Origin: Eledone cirrhosa
Lineage: Eukaryota
Reading direction: 5' to 3'
NCBI GenBank assembly: GCA_964016885.1
Contig: OZ024740.1
Coordinates: forward strand, 39,432,001-39,496,000
DNA length: 64,000 bases
Under the pieces are notes generated by a model that did no database searches, was not told where the DNA came from, and saw nothing but the letters and a program-made list of their open reading frames with translations. The position numbers and the translations under genes were made by a program. Shown in pieces: positions 1-9,835 of the stretch. The number at the start of each line of letters is the position of its first letter. Position 1 is the first letter of the stretch.

Positions 1-235
1 AGCCAGCGACTTGAAAACTCTGGTACAAACACTACACTTGTGACAATTATTGACACCTAGTGCTGGGCCCAAGGTACCATGTGACCCAATGTGTCGTGTG
101 AGATCACTACTCGACTTGCATACCCTTCCACAAACATTACATGTCGTCGTCTGATGAACACAGGTGCCTGCTTCCCAGTTCTTGTGCACTCTCAGGTGAC
201 TCTTTAGACCTGCCATGCTCAGACAAACCCTATTA

Positions 236-335
236 CAGGTCAACATCTTGGTTTATGGTGAAAGGCTAAGGGTCGTTGGCAGTTTTGTATATCTTGGAAG
301 CAATCTGAGTATGTCCTGCGATCTTGATGGGAATA
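236..335 (+). mobile_element. Degraded non-LTR retrotransposon (RTE/BovB-like) reverse transcriptase fragment
   Basis: Translation QVNILVYGERLRVVGSFVYLGSNLSMSCDLDGNI matches the LINE RT C-terminal pattern 'I.GE.L..V..F.YLGS.LS....D.EI'. It is cut off by a microsatellite. Confidence 0.6.
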
Positions 336-403
336 TATATATATATACATATATGTATACATATATATATATACATACATACATACATACATACATACAT
401 ACA

Positions 404-436
<33 letters not shown>

Positions 437-439
437 TAC

Positions 440-487
<48 letters not shown>
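333..487. repeat. Compound microsatellite (TA)n/(TACA)n/(TG)n
   Basis: Directly visible simple repeats. Confidence 0.95.
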
Positions 488-489
<2 letters not shown>

Positions 490-1214
490 TGTTGTTCAAT
501 GGTACTAATTTGAGATACCAGAACTATAAAAATGAGATGAGCTGAACAAGCAAGCATTAAACAATCTTTTAAATAAATTAAAATACGATTTAACTTTCCA
601 TTGGAAATTCTCTGAATTTCCAATCTTTTGTGAAGTGAAACCGTCGGTAACAGCATTTTGAACAGGTGATTATTTAAATCGTATTTTAATTTATTTAAAA
701 GATTGTTTAATGCTTGCTTGTTCAGCTCATCTCATTTTTATAGTTCTGGTATCTCAAATTCATACCATTGAACAACAATTGTATTATAGACACCCTATAT
801 ATTTCCGTGGGTACTTAGTACATGTGGGGATATTAATCTCATTTTATGTATTCTCCCTGTAGAGAAGAAAATGTTATATCTAGCTGCTATTTTTTTAGTA
901 ACGTGATAGACACCAAGTCTATAATATTCCCACTTTTACTAACGGCCTGTTTATGTGTGGGTCACTTTAACGGCCTGACCTCATACATCGGGCAGTAAGC
1001 GATATATTTACAAACTGTGCGGCTTTATGCCCTATAGAATGGAAATAGCTATCTGAAGAACTGATCTTTCCATTGGAAATTCTTTGAATTTCCAATTTTT
1101 TGTGAAGTGAAACAGTCGGTAATAGCATTTTGAACAGGTGATTATTTAAATGGTATTTTAATTTATTTAAAAGATTGTTTAATGCTTGCTTGTTCAGCTC
1201 ATCTCATTTTTATA
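488..1214 (+). mobile_element. Penelope-like pLTR / retrozyme-like insert: about 1.3 copies of a 472-bp unit plus an inverted 5' segment
   Basis: 594-742 is repeated directly at 1066-1214. 488-593 is the reverse complement of 674-779. The insert contains an HHR-like core at 1053-1117 and is flanked by microsatellites. Confidence 0.55.
1048..1126 (+). ncRNA. Degenerate type I hammerhead ribozyme
   Basis: CTGAAGA (1053), long stem II (ACT..TTGGAAATTC/GAATTTCCAA..AGT), GAAA (1109), CAG-TC. Stem I GCTAT/ATAGC pairs only with a 4-nt bulge. Confidence 0.45.
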
Positions 1215-1336
1215 TATGTATATATATATACATACACACACATATACACATATATATGAGCATTCCGTTTATATATATATATATAGGAATATAAAAAACA
1301 ACAACAACGCAGGAGTACAAGTTACAAATGGTATTA

Positions 1337-1364
1337 GACGTTTCGGGCATAAGCCCTTCATCAG
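1337..1364 (-). ncRNA. Minimal hammerhead ribozyme core (Penelope-type)
   Basis: Reverse complement reads CTGATGA-A-GGGC-TTAT-GCCC-GAAA-CG-TC. The core and stem II are textbook, but stem I pairing is not evident. Confidence 0.55.
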
Positions 1365-1676
1365 GAGAGTGGCGGGAGGAACTCCGAGAAGGAGTGAGGT
1401 GGAAGTTAGTGGGAAAAAGGAGATAAAGATAAAACATGATCTGGAAAATAAAAGTTAAAATACAAGTTGTAAAAAGATGTGAAGTATGTAGGGGTGGTGG
1501 TGCGTGAGGAGTAGAATGAGAGGGGGAAGGAAAAAAGGGGTCCGAGCGGGGAGGGCGGAAGGCGAGGTGTGTGTGCGTGTGTATGCGTGGATGTAAGTGT
1601 GAGAGTCTGTGGGAGAGCGGGGGTAAGTGCTTGTGGGTTTTGAAAAACCATTGTGTATGTTGTGGTGGAATGTAAG

Positions 1677-1720
<44 letters not shown>

Positions 1721-1747
1721 AAAGTGAACAACATAAAATATAGCTAG

Positions 1748-1813
1748 TCCATTACCAAAGGTTTCTGGATCCCAGACAATATTAATATACGTCTGGATCG
1801 GTCATCAGACAGA
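1748..1813 (-). ncRNA. Type I hammerhead ribozyme-like motif
   Basis: Reverse complement: TCTGT-CTGATGA-CC-GATCCAGAC...GTCTGGGATC-CA-GAAA-CC-TTT-GG-TA-ATGGA. Stems I, II and III can all form around a GUA triplet; the base of stem II is mismatched. Confidence 0.55.
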
Positions 1814-1842
1814 GATGTTATGGATAAAAAATATGAAATGAG

Positions 1843-1883
<41 letters not shown>

Positions 1884-1913
1884 CAAATGGAACTATATTT
1901 ATAAAACCATATT

Positions 1914-1979
1914 TATTTCATTATACATATTTCAGGGATACCATATTAAAAATATGGCATGCCTTCGTCAGATAAAATA
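1914..1979 (-). ncRNA. Type I hammerhead ribozyme (inverted copy of 2122-2187)
   Basis: Mirror image within the palindrome. Confidence 0.65.
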
Positions 1980-2121
1980 CAATATATAAACAGTTTTATA
2001 AATAATTTTGACGTACCATAAAAATATAAGCGACCATTAAGGTAGGAAGCTGGCTTCCTACCTTAATGGTCGCTTATATTTATGGTACGTCAAAATTATT
2101 TATAAAACTGTTTATATATTG

Positions 2122-2187
2122 TATTTTATCTGACGAAGGCATGCCATATTTTTAATATGGTATCCCTGAAATATGTATAATGAAATA
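2122..2187 (+). ncRNA. Type I hammerhead ribozyme
   Basis: Stem I TATTTTAT/ATGAAATA (8 bp), CTGACGA at 2130, stem II AGGCATGCCATATT/AATATGGTATCCCT (13 of 14 pairs), GAAA, a short near-palindromic stem III and an AUA cleavage triplet. Confidence 0.7.
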
Positions 2188-2318
2188 AATATGGTTTTAT
2201 AAATATAGTTTCCATTTGTTTAATATCGTATATCTACTCCAAAAACTTGTCGAGTGCTTTATATCAGTTATAAAATATTTACTTGTTGTAACCCAACAAT
2301 TTTAAATAAAACTTTTGC

Positions 2319-2349
<31 letters not shown>

Positions 2350-2399
2350 CATTTCTGCTTGTGAAACTTTCTCTATTAACAATTCTCATCTTGGTAGCA

Positions 2400-2530
2400 A
2401 ATCCTTTCATTCCTCGGGAGGTGATAGAAATAACTACAAGCTCAGTAAAATAATGATAGTGCATTCATTTAATCGATTATAACCTATGCCTTAAACAGTT
2501 GTGGCATTATGCCAATGTTAGAAATCAATA
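2400..2530 (+). mobile_element. Degraded SINE 3' portion (octopus-type)
   Basis: CCTTTCATTCCTCGGGAGGTGATAGAAATAACTAC...TAATCGAT...GTGGC...TGTTAGAAATCA resembles the other SINE copies in the window. Confidence 0.4.
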
Positions 2531-2688
2531 TTATTAGCAATATGTGTTACTTTTTTTCCACTCAACTAAATACCGATATATTGTAATATAGTGTTTTGTG
2601 TCCTTTTCCTTTTCCATTATCACGGCAATAAATCAATAATACTCCACGTTAAAGATATTATAATAATATATTATGTTAGTAGGTGGTA

Positions 2689-2826
2689 GGTGGCGAATTG
2701 GCAGAGTCGTTAGAACGTCCCACAGACTGTTTCGCAGTATTCGTTGCGGCCCTCTAAGCTCCGATTTCAAATCTCGCCGAGGTCAACTTTACCTTTCATC
2801 TTTTCGAGATCGATAAAAAAATTACC
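2689..2826 (+). mobile_element. tRNA-derived SINE (octopus-type)
   Basis: GGTGGCGAATTGGCAGAGTCGTTAG...TTCAAATCTCGCCGAGGTCAACTTTACCTTTCATCTTTTCGAGATCGATAAAA. The same core recurs at 7.5, 8.8, 9.7 and 10.0 kb and matches my recollection of abundant Octopus SINEs. Confidence 0.75.
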
Positions 2827-2998
2827 TCACTGTCACACTCTCTCCTTTACTAGAAGATATTGGCAGTGTTCAGACCTTGAGAAAAGATGGGCTCCACAAA
2901 GTTTTAAATGCCCCTTATACGACGTATGTCACTATGATACTCTATGGCTCTAGAGTTGCTGGTCCATACATACATTATAGTACTCCATGTTAAATATA

Positions 2999-3484
2999 TC
3001 TCCTTATAATATATAACCAGCAATTTCTCTGTCTGTCTGTCCGACGCGTAGAGAGAGAGTGAGAGTGAAAGAAAGAGACAGACTACAAGAGGGGGGTAGC
3101 GGGAGGGAGAGAGAGAGACGCTGGAAGAGGGGAAGGAAAGCTATGTCTTGCTGTCTGCATTACGATACATATATATATACACACACACACTGAGCGCGTC
3201 ATAATGACGTAATGCAGACAGTCAGACATACAGACAGATATTATAAGGGCGCAACGTTATATCTCTGTATCTATCTAAAAAGAAAGACTAAGAATTATAT
3301 AGAGAGAACGCTAAATCGCCTAATGCAGTCCCTAGGGCATTGAAAATTTGAAATAATTTTTGCTCAAAACACTCACAGGACCATAAGTATTACATGTCTA
3401 AAGTTTGAAAACAATCGGTTGGATGGTTCTCAAGTTTTAGTGAGCTGACAGACATACAGACATTCTCTGTTTTAGATATATAGA
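2999..3484. mobile_element. Nested non-autonomous Helitron-like elements
   Basis: 5'-type ends TC...TATATAA...(CTGT)n at 2999 (+) and 3484 (-), plus the typical CCGATT..AAACTTT motif on the minus strand near 3400-3420. Confidence 0.5.
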
Positions 3485-3530
3485 CTAGCAGAAACCCCCC
3501 CCCCCCCCCGGGTGGTTTTCTGCTAGTCTA
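3481..3530. repeat. Hairpin TAGACTAGCAGAAA-polyC-TTTCTGCTAGTCTA (Helitron CTAG 3' ends on both strands)
   Basis: 14-bp perfect arms; each side reads CTAG followed by TCTA..., i.e. a Helitron end/start junction. Confidence 0.6.
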
Positions 3531-4150
3531 CTATATAAATGGCAATTTATGTCTGTCTGTGTATCTGTGTATAACCAGTTGGCACCTACACCAGTGATCC
3601 GACCATGACGAAACTTTACACACATGTTAAGCTAATATTCAGAAACAGGACTGGCTAATTGGATTTCAATAAAAATCAATAATAGAACCCCTGGGGACAT
3701 CTTTACAATGGAGGAGGAAAGAGAAGACGTTTCAGTGAGAGAGAGTGAAGAGGAGATACTACTACTGTATGTTAAACCCTCCCTCCCATTATTCCCCTTC
3801 CACCTCCGTCCTCCAAAACGAGGCAACAACTTATTAGAAATATACAATGCGCATTCTTGGTTGTTCTCCATTCTGTAGAGAAAGAGAGAGAGGCTATAAG
3901 AGAAGAGAGAGAGGGGGGTGAGAAAGAAAGAAAGAAAGAAAGAAAGAGAGTGAGTGAGGGGGATTGGGGAGGGGAGAAAATGATAGGAGCGTTCGATAAC
4001 TTTAACTTTCATTTATTTATTCTTTACACAGTTTCCTCAACCTTACGTCTCTTTCTCTCTCTCTCTCTCTTTCTCACAAAACGTACTGTGACTGTGTGTG
4101 TGTTGTGTATGTGTCCGGGGAAGTTACAATGTCCGCACACACACACACAA
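3527..4150 (+). mobile_element. Non-autonomous Helitron-like element with GA-rich microsatellites
   Basis: Starts TCTACTATATAAA...TGTCTGTCTGTG...CCGACCATGACGAAACTTTACAC. The 3' boundary is uncertain. Confidence 0.45.
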
Positions 4151-4333
4151 ACACGCATATATATATATATATAACGGACGGTAGTCCGTTTAGTAATATT
4201 GTTGTGGTCGTGTTTTCGTTGGCAATCGTCTGTTTACGACAGTACAGTGCGGCTCTACTTTATTTAACTGAGATAACACTTATATGAGCATGAACAGTAG
4301 ATCATTACGCATCTTTTGGCTTAAAAATCTAGA

Positions 4334-4624
4334 AATTTGGTCCAGCGGGAAAAAGTTTATAATCAAAGTTTGCTGATAAATCTTGTGTTCAAGTGAATGA
4401 GTAGTAAGCGTGACGCTAGGGAGGTAATCCAGAAATGACGACGTTTGGAAAAGTTTAATTACTGCATGAAAGAAATGATTCAAAAATTGAACTTGCCCAA
4501 TCTTCACAACATTGAAAATTGGTCAAAATTTGACAAATCTGACTTCAAACCAGATATGATTCATTTGAACAATGTTGGAAATCTTAAATTGACACAAATT
4601 TTTGCCAATGTTTTTGCCACCTGA
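4334..4624 (+). pseudogene. SGNH/GDSL-hydrolase (esterase) C-terminal remnant, probably of TE or viral origin
   Basis: Frame with 2 internal stops ends ...RLEKFNYCMKEMIQKLNLPNLHNIENWSKFDKSDFKPDMIHLNNVGNLKLTQIFANVFAT*. FxxDxIHLNxxG is the SGNH block V motif. Confidence 0.55.
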
Positions 4625-4804
4625 TCCTTGTTCTATGGCTGACTGACTAATTTTGTGACTTAATAAAATGTCATCATACTAGTAATGCACAATGGTCATT
4701 TTTAAATTTAAATTTTATTAAATAGTTGTTGCTTGCATTGCCTTAAAATAGTAACAAGAATGTACACATACTTTTTAAAAATACATCATTATCAGTCAAA
4801 TCAG

Positions 4805-5164
4805 TCAAATGTCACTAAAAGCCAGGTGGTCGATAACAACTTCTATAAGATTAGTTACATGCTCACACATTGGATCACCTCTCATCAATGGCATTGGGTG
4901 TCTGAGATAATCGTGGAGATAACTGATGAAGTCACAAATGAAGTGATGGTCTTCCAGTGTGAACAACTCCCTATATCCATTGATATATGTGATGGCTTCC
5001 GATTCATAGGTGCATTTTATGAGGAATTCCATGCATCCGATTTTCAGTGATTCAATGGGCATTTTATCAGAGATGATAAGGTATTTGACCACGTTTTGCT
5101 TTGTAAGTAAATTGGAGAGAATCACTGCAGTCAAAGTCATTTCTTTGCATGGGTTTTTGTCCAT
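4805..5164 (-). CDS. 119-aa orphan ORF, unknown function
   Basis: Non-repetitive ATG-to-stop ORF with globular composition in AT-rich DNA. It is preceded by a GTAAGT...TTTTAG 43-nt intron-like stretch (5166-5208). Confidence 0.35.
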   Translation of the reverse strand: MDKNPCKEMTLTAVILSNLLTKQNVVKYLIISDKMPIESLKIGCMEFLIKCTYESEAITYINGYRELFTLEDHHFICDFISYLHDYLRHPMPLMRGDPMCEHVTNLIEVVIDHLAFSDI

Positions 5165-5437
5165 TCTAAAAAGTTAAAATGATAAAGTATTACTACTATA
5201 TAACTTACATCTATTGTTGTAACACCATTGAAATGCACAAGTTTCACTAATTCACTATTATGCACTAGTCATCTCAAATGCATTCATGATTTACTAGCTT
5301 TGTCATTAAGCCAGTTGCCTCAACTAGATTGCAATTATACTCAAAAGAACTTTAAAATGTCAATCACTTGTCAGTAATTCACTATGATCATTTAATTATT
5401 AGATAGTTGTTGCTTGCATTGCCTTAAAAAATAGTAG

Positions 5438-6528
5438 ACCAGATAGAAAAATGCGTACAGCAAAAAAAAAGTAATATTGTTGGAATATAAACCTTTAAAA
5501 ATACAGGACAAGAAACTAAAATAAAACTTTAAAAGAATAGGACAAGAAACTAAGATAAGACTTTAAAAGAATAGGACAAGAAACTAAGATAAAACTTTAA
5601 AGAATTGGACAAGAAAAAAAAAATTTTACAATAATATTAGTGGCAAAATTTTTTATTCGTTTCCTGTGCTATGCCCCAGTATCTTCTTGATTAGTGCATA
5701 ATAATTGCCATGCTCTCATTGTGCGTTGCCCCTGAGCGGTTGGTTCTGGTTGGGGTTGGTTGGCTGAGCAGTTCTGCTCCGTCAGAATGACCATTGCAAG
5801 AAGAATTGGCCGATGCAGCTGCAGGTCTCCTCCAAGAATGCACTTCTGGTCCCGCAATACCAGACGAAGATGGAGAAGACGACCGGTACAAGATGTCGAC
5901 TCTGACCACCGACTACGGCACCTCCCTCAACCACCGGTCCTCCCTCCCTCTGTCCCGTCATCCCTCCAGTCCTCCTGCTCCCCCTTCCTGTACCAGAAAG
6001 CTGTGGCACGCATTCATCTGGACTGCCGGACTTGAACTCAAGGACAAGATGCAAGGAGAAGATGGACGGGTTGGTCAAGATCAAGGATGAGCGGGACAAG
6101 ACCGTCCGCTGCTGCTCAAGATCTGTGCTCATGGGCCCATGGGTCCATTCACATTATGCATGACACATGAGGCGTGTCGCCGAATGATGAAATAGGGGTA
6201 TGGTTATGGCCCAATTGGTGTTCAAACCAGGATCAAATGTACCCCCCGGTCTGACGACGACCTCTGAATGTGGAACCCAGAGCCTATGAATGTGGAACTC
6301 GATTTTTTACCAATAAAAATTTTGCCACTAATATTATTGTAACATTTTTTATTTCTTGTCCAATTCTTTAAAGTTTTATCTTAGTTTCTTGTCCTATTCT
6401 TTTAAAGTTTTATCTTAGTTTCTTGTCCTATTCTTTTAAAGTTTTATTTTAGTTTCTTGTCCTGTATTTTTAAAGGTTTATATTCCAACAATATTACTTT
6501 TCTTTGCTGTACGCATTTTTCTATCTGG
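5438..6528. repeat. Foldback structure: about 220-bp inverted repeats (5438-5657 / 6312-6528) around a 650-bp GC-rich core
   Basis: ACCAGATAGAAAAATGCGTACAGC...GTGGCAAAATTTTTTATT versus AATAAAAATTTTGCCAC...GCTGTACGCATTTTTCTATCTGGT. The arms contain about 31-bp tandem subrepeats GGACAAGAAACTAAGATAAAACTTTAAAAGAATA. Confidence 0.9.
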
Positions 6529-6529
6529 T

Positions 6530-7401
6530 ATATATATATATATAAAACTGAGGATGTGTGTGTATGTATGTCCGTACCCACATCATTTCTAGTTTGCAAC
6601 CGATTTTCTTCAAATTTGGAACAAACATGCGTTATGTTCCCAGAAGTGTTGTGGACTCATAAAATTTCCTAGTTTTTATCTAATCCGGCCACTAGGTATA
6701 CGAAGGCTGTCTCTGGATCACCGTGACAATCTTGTCACATGTGCGAAACTTAAATAATTGTTGGTTAACATTTTACTCATCTTAGTGTGTTACGTCCTCT
6801 TTCCTTAGGTAATGCCTCCAAGGAAGAGATACGCCATTGGTCGAAAAACGGCGAAAGCTGAGAGAGGGCAAAGAAGAAAAGCAAATGAATCGTCAATGGA
6901 GGCTGCAATTAGACGATCGCATTATGCTGAACGAAAAGCTACTGCAAGAGCGTTAGAAAACTACGAGCAGCATTGTATTTAAGACATAGGTTACTTATGT
7001 ACTCCGGGTGGTCATGGGCACTTTCATTTTTCCAGATATTGATTATAGCGGTTAAAGATATTGATTATAGCGGATTATAGCGGTTAAAGGGGGTTATCTG
7101 CACCTCCACCCGGGGGGATAACCCCCTTTAACCGCTTCCTTGGAGTCGACTGAAGCACTGCAGTGCAATGCAACAAAACGTCATAACTTCTGGAGTTCGC
7201 AACCGATTTTCACCAAACTTGACACATGGGCTACGTATGTTGTACATATGAATTTGAACACTCATAATTAGCACATATTGGAGGCAGGACCCCTTTTTAG
7301 GAAAAAGCTGATTTTGTACAAGTATAGTTTTCAAAGTATTGGCATGAATGCTATACATGACTGCTATTTAATACCCGAGCAACGCCGAGTACCTCTGCTA
7401 G
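6530..7401 (+). mobile_element. Non-autonomous Helitron
   Basis: 5' TATATAAAACTGAGGATGTGTGTGTATGTATGTCC...CCGATTTTCTTCAAATTTGG; 3' hairpin ACCCGAGCAACGCCGAGTA followed by CTGCTAG|T; internal RepHel N-terminal remnant. Confidence 0.75.
6812..6982 (+). pseudogene. Helitron RepHel N-terminal remnant
   Basis: MPPRKRYAIGRKTAKAERGQRRKANESSMEAAIRRSHYAERKATARALENYEQHCI* resembles the basic MPP(R/K)KR..IGR.T / E(S/T).E repeat start of animal Helitron ORFs. An acceptor TTCCTTAG lies just upstream. Confidence 0.55.
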
Positions 7402-7457
7402 TTATAATAATATATTGTTATAGTACTCCATGTTAAATATACTATTATATATTAATA

Positions 7458-7620
7458 GGTTTGGCAGAATCGCAAGAGTGTCGGACAAAAGACTTTGCTG
7501 TTCCGAATTCGTGTTTGCCTTTCTTTATTCTGTGGTCGATAAAATAAATTTCAGTTGAATAATCGATTATATTCACTCCAACCCCAAATTTTAGGCCGTG
7601 TGTCTATAGGAGAATTTGAT
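7458..7620 (+). mobile_element. Degraded SINE (same family as 2689)
   Basis: TTGGCAGAATCG...TTTGCCTTTC...GGTCGATAAAATAA...TAATCGA. Confidence 0.55.
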
Positions 7621-7889
7621 ATTAATTCTTTCATATTTATTTACTAATTTATCTAACTTTGTTTTTGAAGATACTGGATCTTAAGGAGTATTTTCCAGTT
7701 TGATCTTTAATGTAATTTGATTGATCTGTTAGTGTAATTTAATGTAACTAAACTATTAGTTAGTTACATTAGACACAATCAATATTCGTTATTCTAACAT
7801 TAATATTACACCAACATTGTATTCTTGTGGTTTTCAAGGATTTCAAAAGACTTTTTAAAATCCTATTTTAATTATTTATACTATAAAAC

Positions 7890-8070
7890 TGGTACTCCGT
7901 CAGTGACGACGACGACTGATCCAGTTGATACAATAAACGAAACAGCCTGCTGAGCATTCCACAGACACGCATGCTCTTAACGTAGTTCTCAGGAAGATTC
8001 AGCATGACACAGAATGTGACAAGACTGACCCTTCGAATTACAAGTTCAACTCAATTTTGCCAGCTGATTT
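7890..8070 (-). mobile_element. Second octopus-type SINE family, partial
   Basis: ACTCCGTC..TGACGACG..CCAGTTGAT..AACAGCCTGCT..CCACAGACACG..TTAACGTAGTTCTCAGGAAGATTCAGC..GACACAG..TGTGACAAG; homologous to 10430-10645. Confidence 0.7.
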
Positions 8071-8764
8071 ACTCTTTAAATTGTCTCAAATTAACGTGTT
8101 ATTGTTGTTTCGTGTTCAACAGAGATCAATTATGTAAGGGCAATATCTCTAATTATAAATCGATAATGTGATATTGCAACCATAATCGATGCGACTAGAC
8201 GAATCTATTTTCTAATTATACAACAATTCCAGCTATAAATATATCCTTATCTGGGACAAGCAATTATCATCTATTTTATTTCACAAAGATTAATACCGAT
8301 GTATTTCAGATAAAGTAATTAAATCACATGAACTCTCGGTTCTCGACAAAACTAATAAATATTGAATATTCTTTTATTCTTTTACCTGTTCTAGCCATCC
8401 GGGTGAGGCCATGCTGGGGCGCCACAATAAATTTTTTAAATAATTTTAATCTAGCATCTGAGAAACGAAACAGTGAAGAAGTTCATTTTAATTGATCAAA
8501 TCATTAATTTATTTATAATCAATTAAAATAAATTGTAATTTGTGTTAGCTCTTAACATCCTAAAATGATTTAGAAGAAATTATCGAAAAACAGGTTTGTT
8601 GATTCAAATGGTTATAGTATCTGTATTAATGAACAGATGGTTGTGAAAATTTGAAGTAAAATTTAATATTTAATGTGATGCAGTCAGAGTGCTATTTTCA
8701 AAATGTCTTACTAATGTAGTTTCATTCGGTACAGGATGTTAAAAGTTAATCTAGATTATATTCT

Positions 8765-8930
8765 AGTGGAGTGGAAAAAAGTTAGTAACGTGGCTGTCAC
8801 TAAATATATTTCTGTTTAGTCCTTTCAGATCTGAGTAAAAACCTGTCAGGATCGACTTTGTCTTTCAACCCTTTCGAGCTGATAAAATAAATACCAACAA
8901 TATACTGCGGACAATTTCATTGAATATAGG
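8765..8930 (+). mobile_element. Degraded SINE
   Basis: GATCGACTTTGTCTTTCAACCCTTTCGAGCTGATAAAATAAATACC core. Confidence 0.55.
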
Positions 8931-9264
8931 TTTTTAAGAAAAAACAATATGCAAGTAAAATAGCGATAGCCTGCGTCGGCAAACATATTTTATTCGGTAA
9001 AGTATAAACATTTCTTTTAGTTTATATACTGTTGAGACAAAACATTTACGACGTTTCAGACCAATTCTTTCATTGGAAAGAGGACAAAATGTTTCTGCCG
9101 TTACTACAAGACTTCAATAGCTGAAGGGCACAAAACAAATTTGCTTCTCTCTGTCGGAAACGCCAGAAATTTCTTCTCCCAGCGGCAAACTTAAAATGTT
9201 TTTATACCGTACTTAATTGAATATAATTTATTTCTACCTTCCTCTTCAAATGTGTGGCTTTGTA

Positions 9265-9640
9265 CTGGTGCAACAAATTGTGTAGTTGTAACAAATTGTG
9301 CAACAGTAACAAATTGTGCAGTTGTAACAAATTGTGAAACAGTAACAAATTGTGCAGTTGTAACAAATTGTGCAACAGTAACAAATTGTGCAGTGTTTAA
9401 CAAATTGTGCAGTTTTAAAAAATTGTGGAGATGCAACAAATTATGCAGTTGTAACAAATTGTTTTGGTGCAACAAAGTGTGCAGGTGCAACAAATTGTGA
9501 AGGTTTTAACATATTGAGCAGGTACAGCAAATTGTACAGTTGTAATAAATTGTGCAATTTTTAACAAATTGTGATGAAGTAACAAATTGTGCAACAAATT
9601 GTGCTGGTGCTTAAATTGTGCAGTTGTTACAAATTGTACA
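9265..9640. repeat. Degenerate 18/36-bp minisatellite (GTAACAAATTGTGCARYW)n
   Basis: Repeated ACAAATTGTG cores at about 18-bp spacing; explains the ORFs at 9191-9597. Confidence 0.85.
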
Positions 9641-9835
9641 GTGGATTGAGAGACGTCTTAGTGTATCAGACAAAACACCGTATAGGACTTTACGTTCTAA
9701 GTTCAAATCTCACCAAGATCAACTTTACATTTCATCCTTTCTGGTTCAATAAAATAAAGTTCTAGTTTAATACTGTGATTGCTTTAATCAACTGTAGCAT
9801 CTTCACAGAAGTGTGGTCTTGTGTCAATGTTAGAG
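9641..9835 (+). mobile_element. Degraded SINE
   Basis: CTTTACGTTCTAAGTTCAAATCTCACCAAGATCAACTTTACATTTCATCCTTTCTGGTTCAATAAAATAAAG. Confidence 0.65.

Larger units (their letters stand above)
1876..2226. repeat. Near-perfect 350-bp palindrome (about 175-bp arms, 2-nt spacer at 2051-2052), inverted pLTR-like
   Basis: ...TTAAGGTAGGAAGC-TG-GCTTCCTACCTTAA...; the arms match out to ATATTAAACAAATGG / CCATTTGTTTAATAT with only 1-bp indels. Confidence 0.95.

Noticed and set aside
151-175. CTGATGA motif
   Set aside because: No stem II or GAAA follows.
240-1680. ORFs rich in HT/YI/CV dipeptides (also 10206-10640 and 9191-9597)
   Set aside because: They are translations of micro- and minisatellites.
6030-6170. 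Nanos-like CCHC zinc finger in the foldback core
   Set aside because: The resemblance needs frameshifts and the Cys/His spacing does not match.
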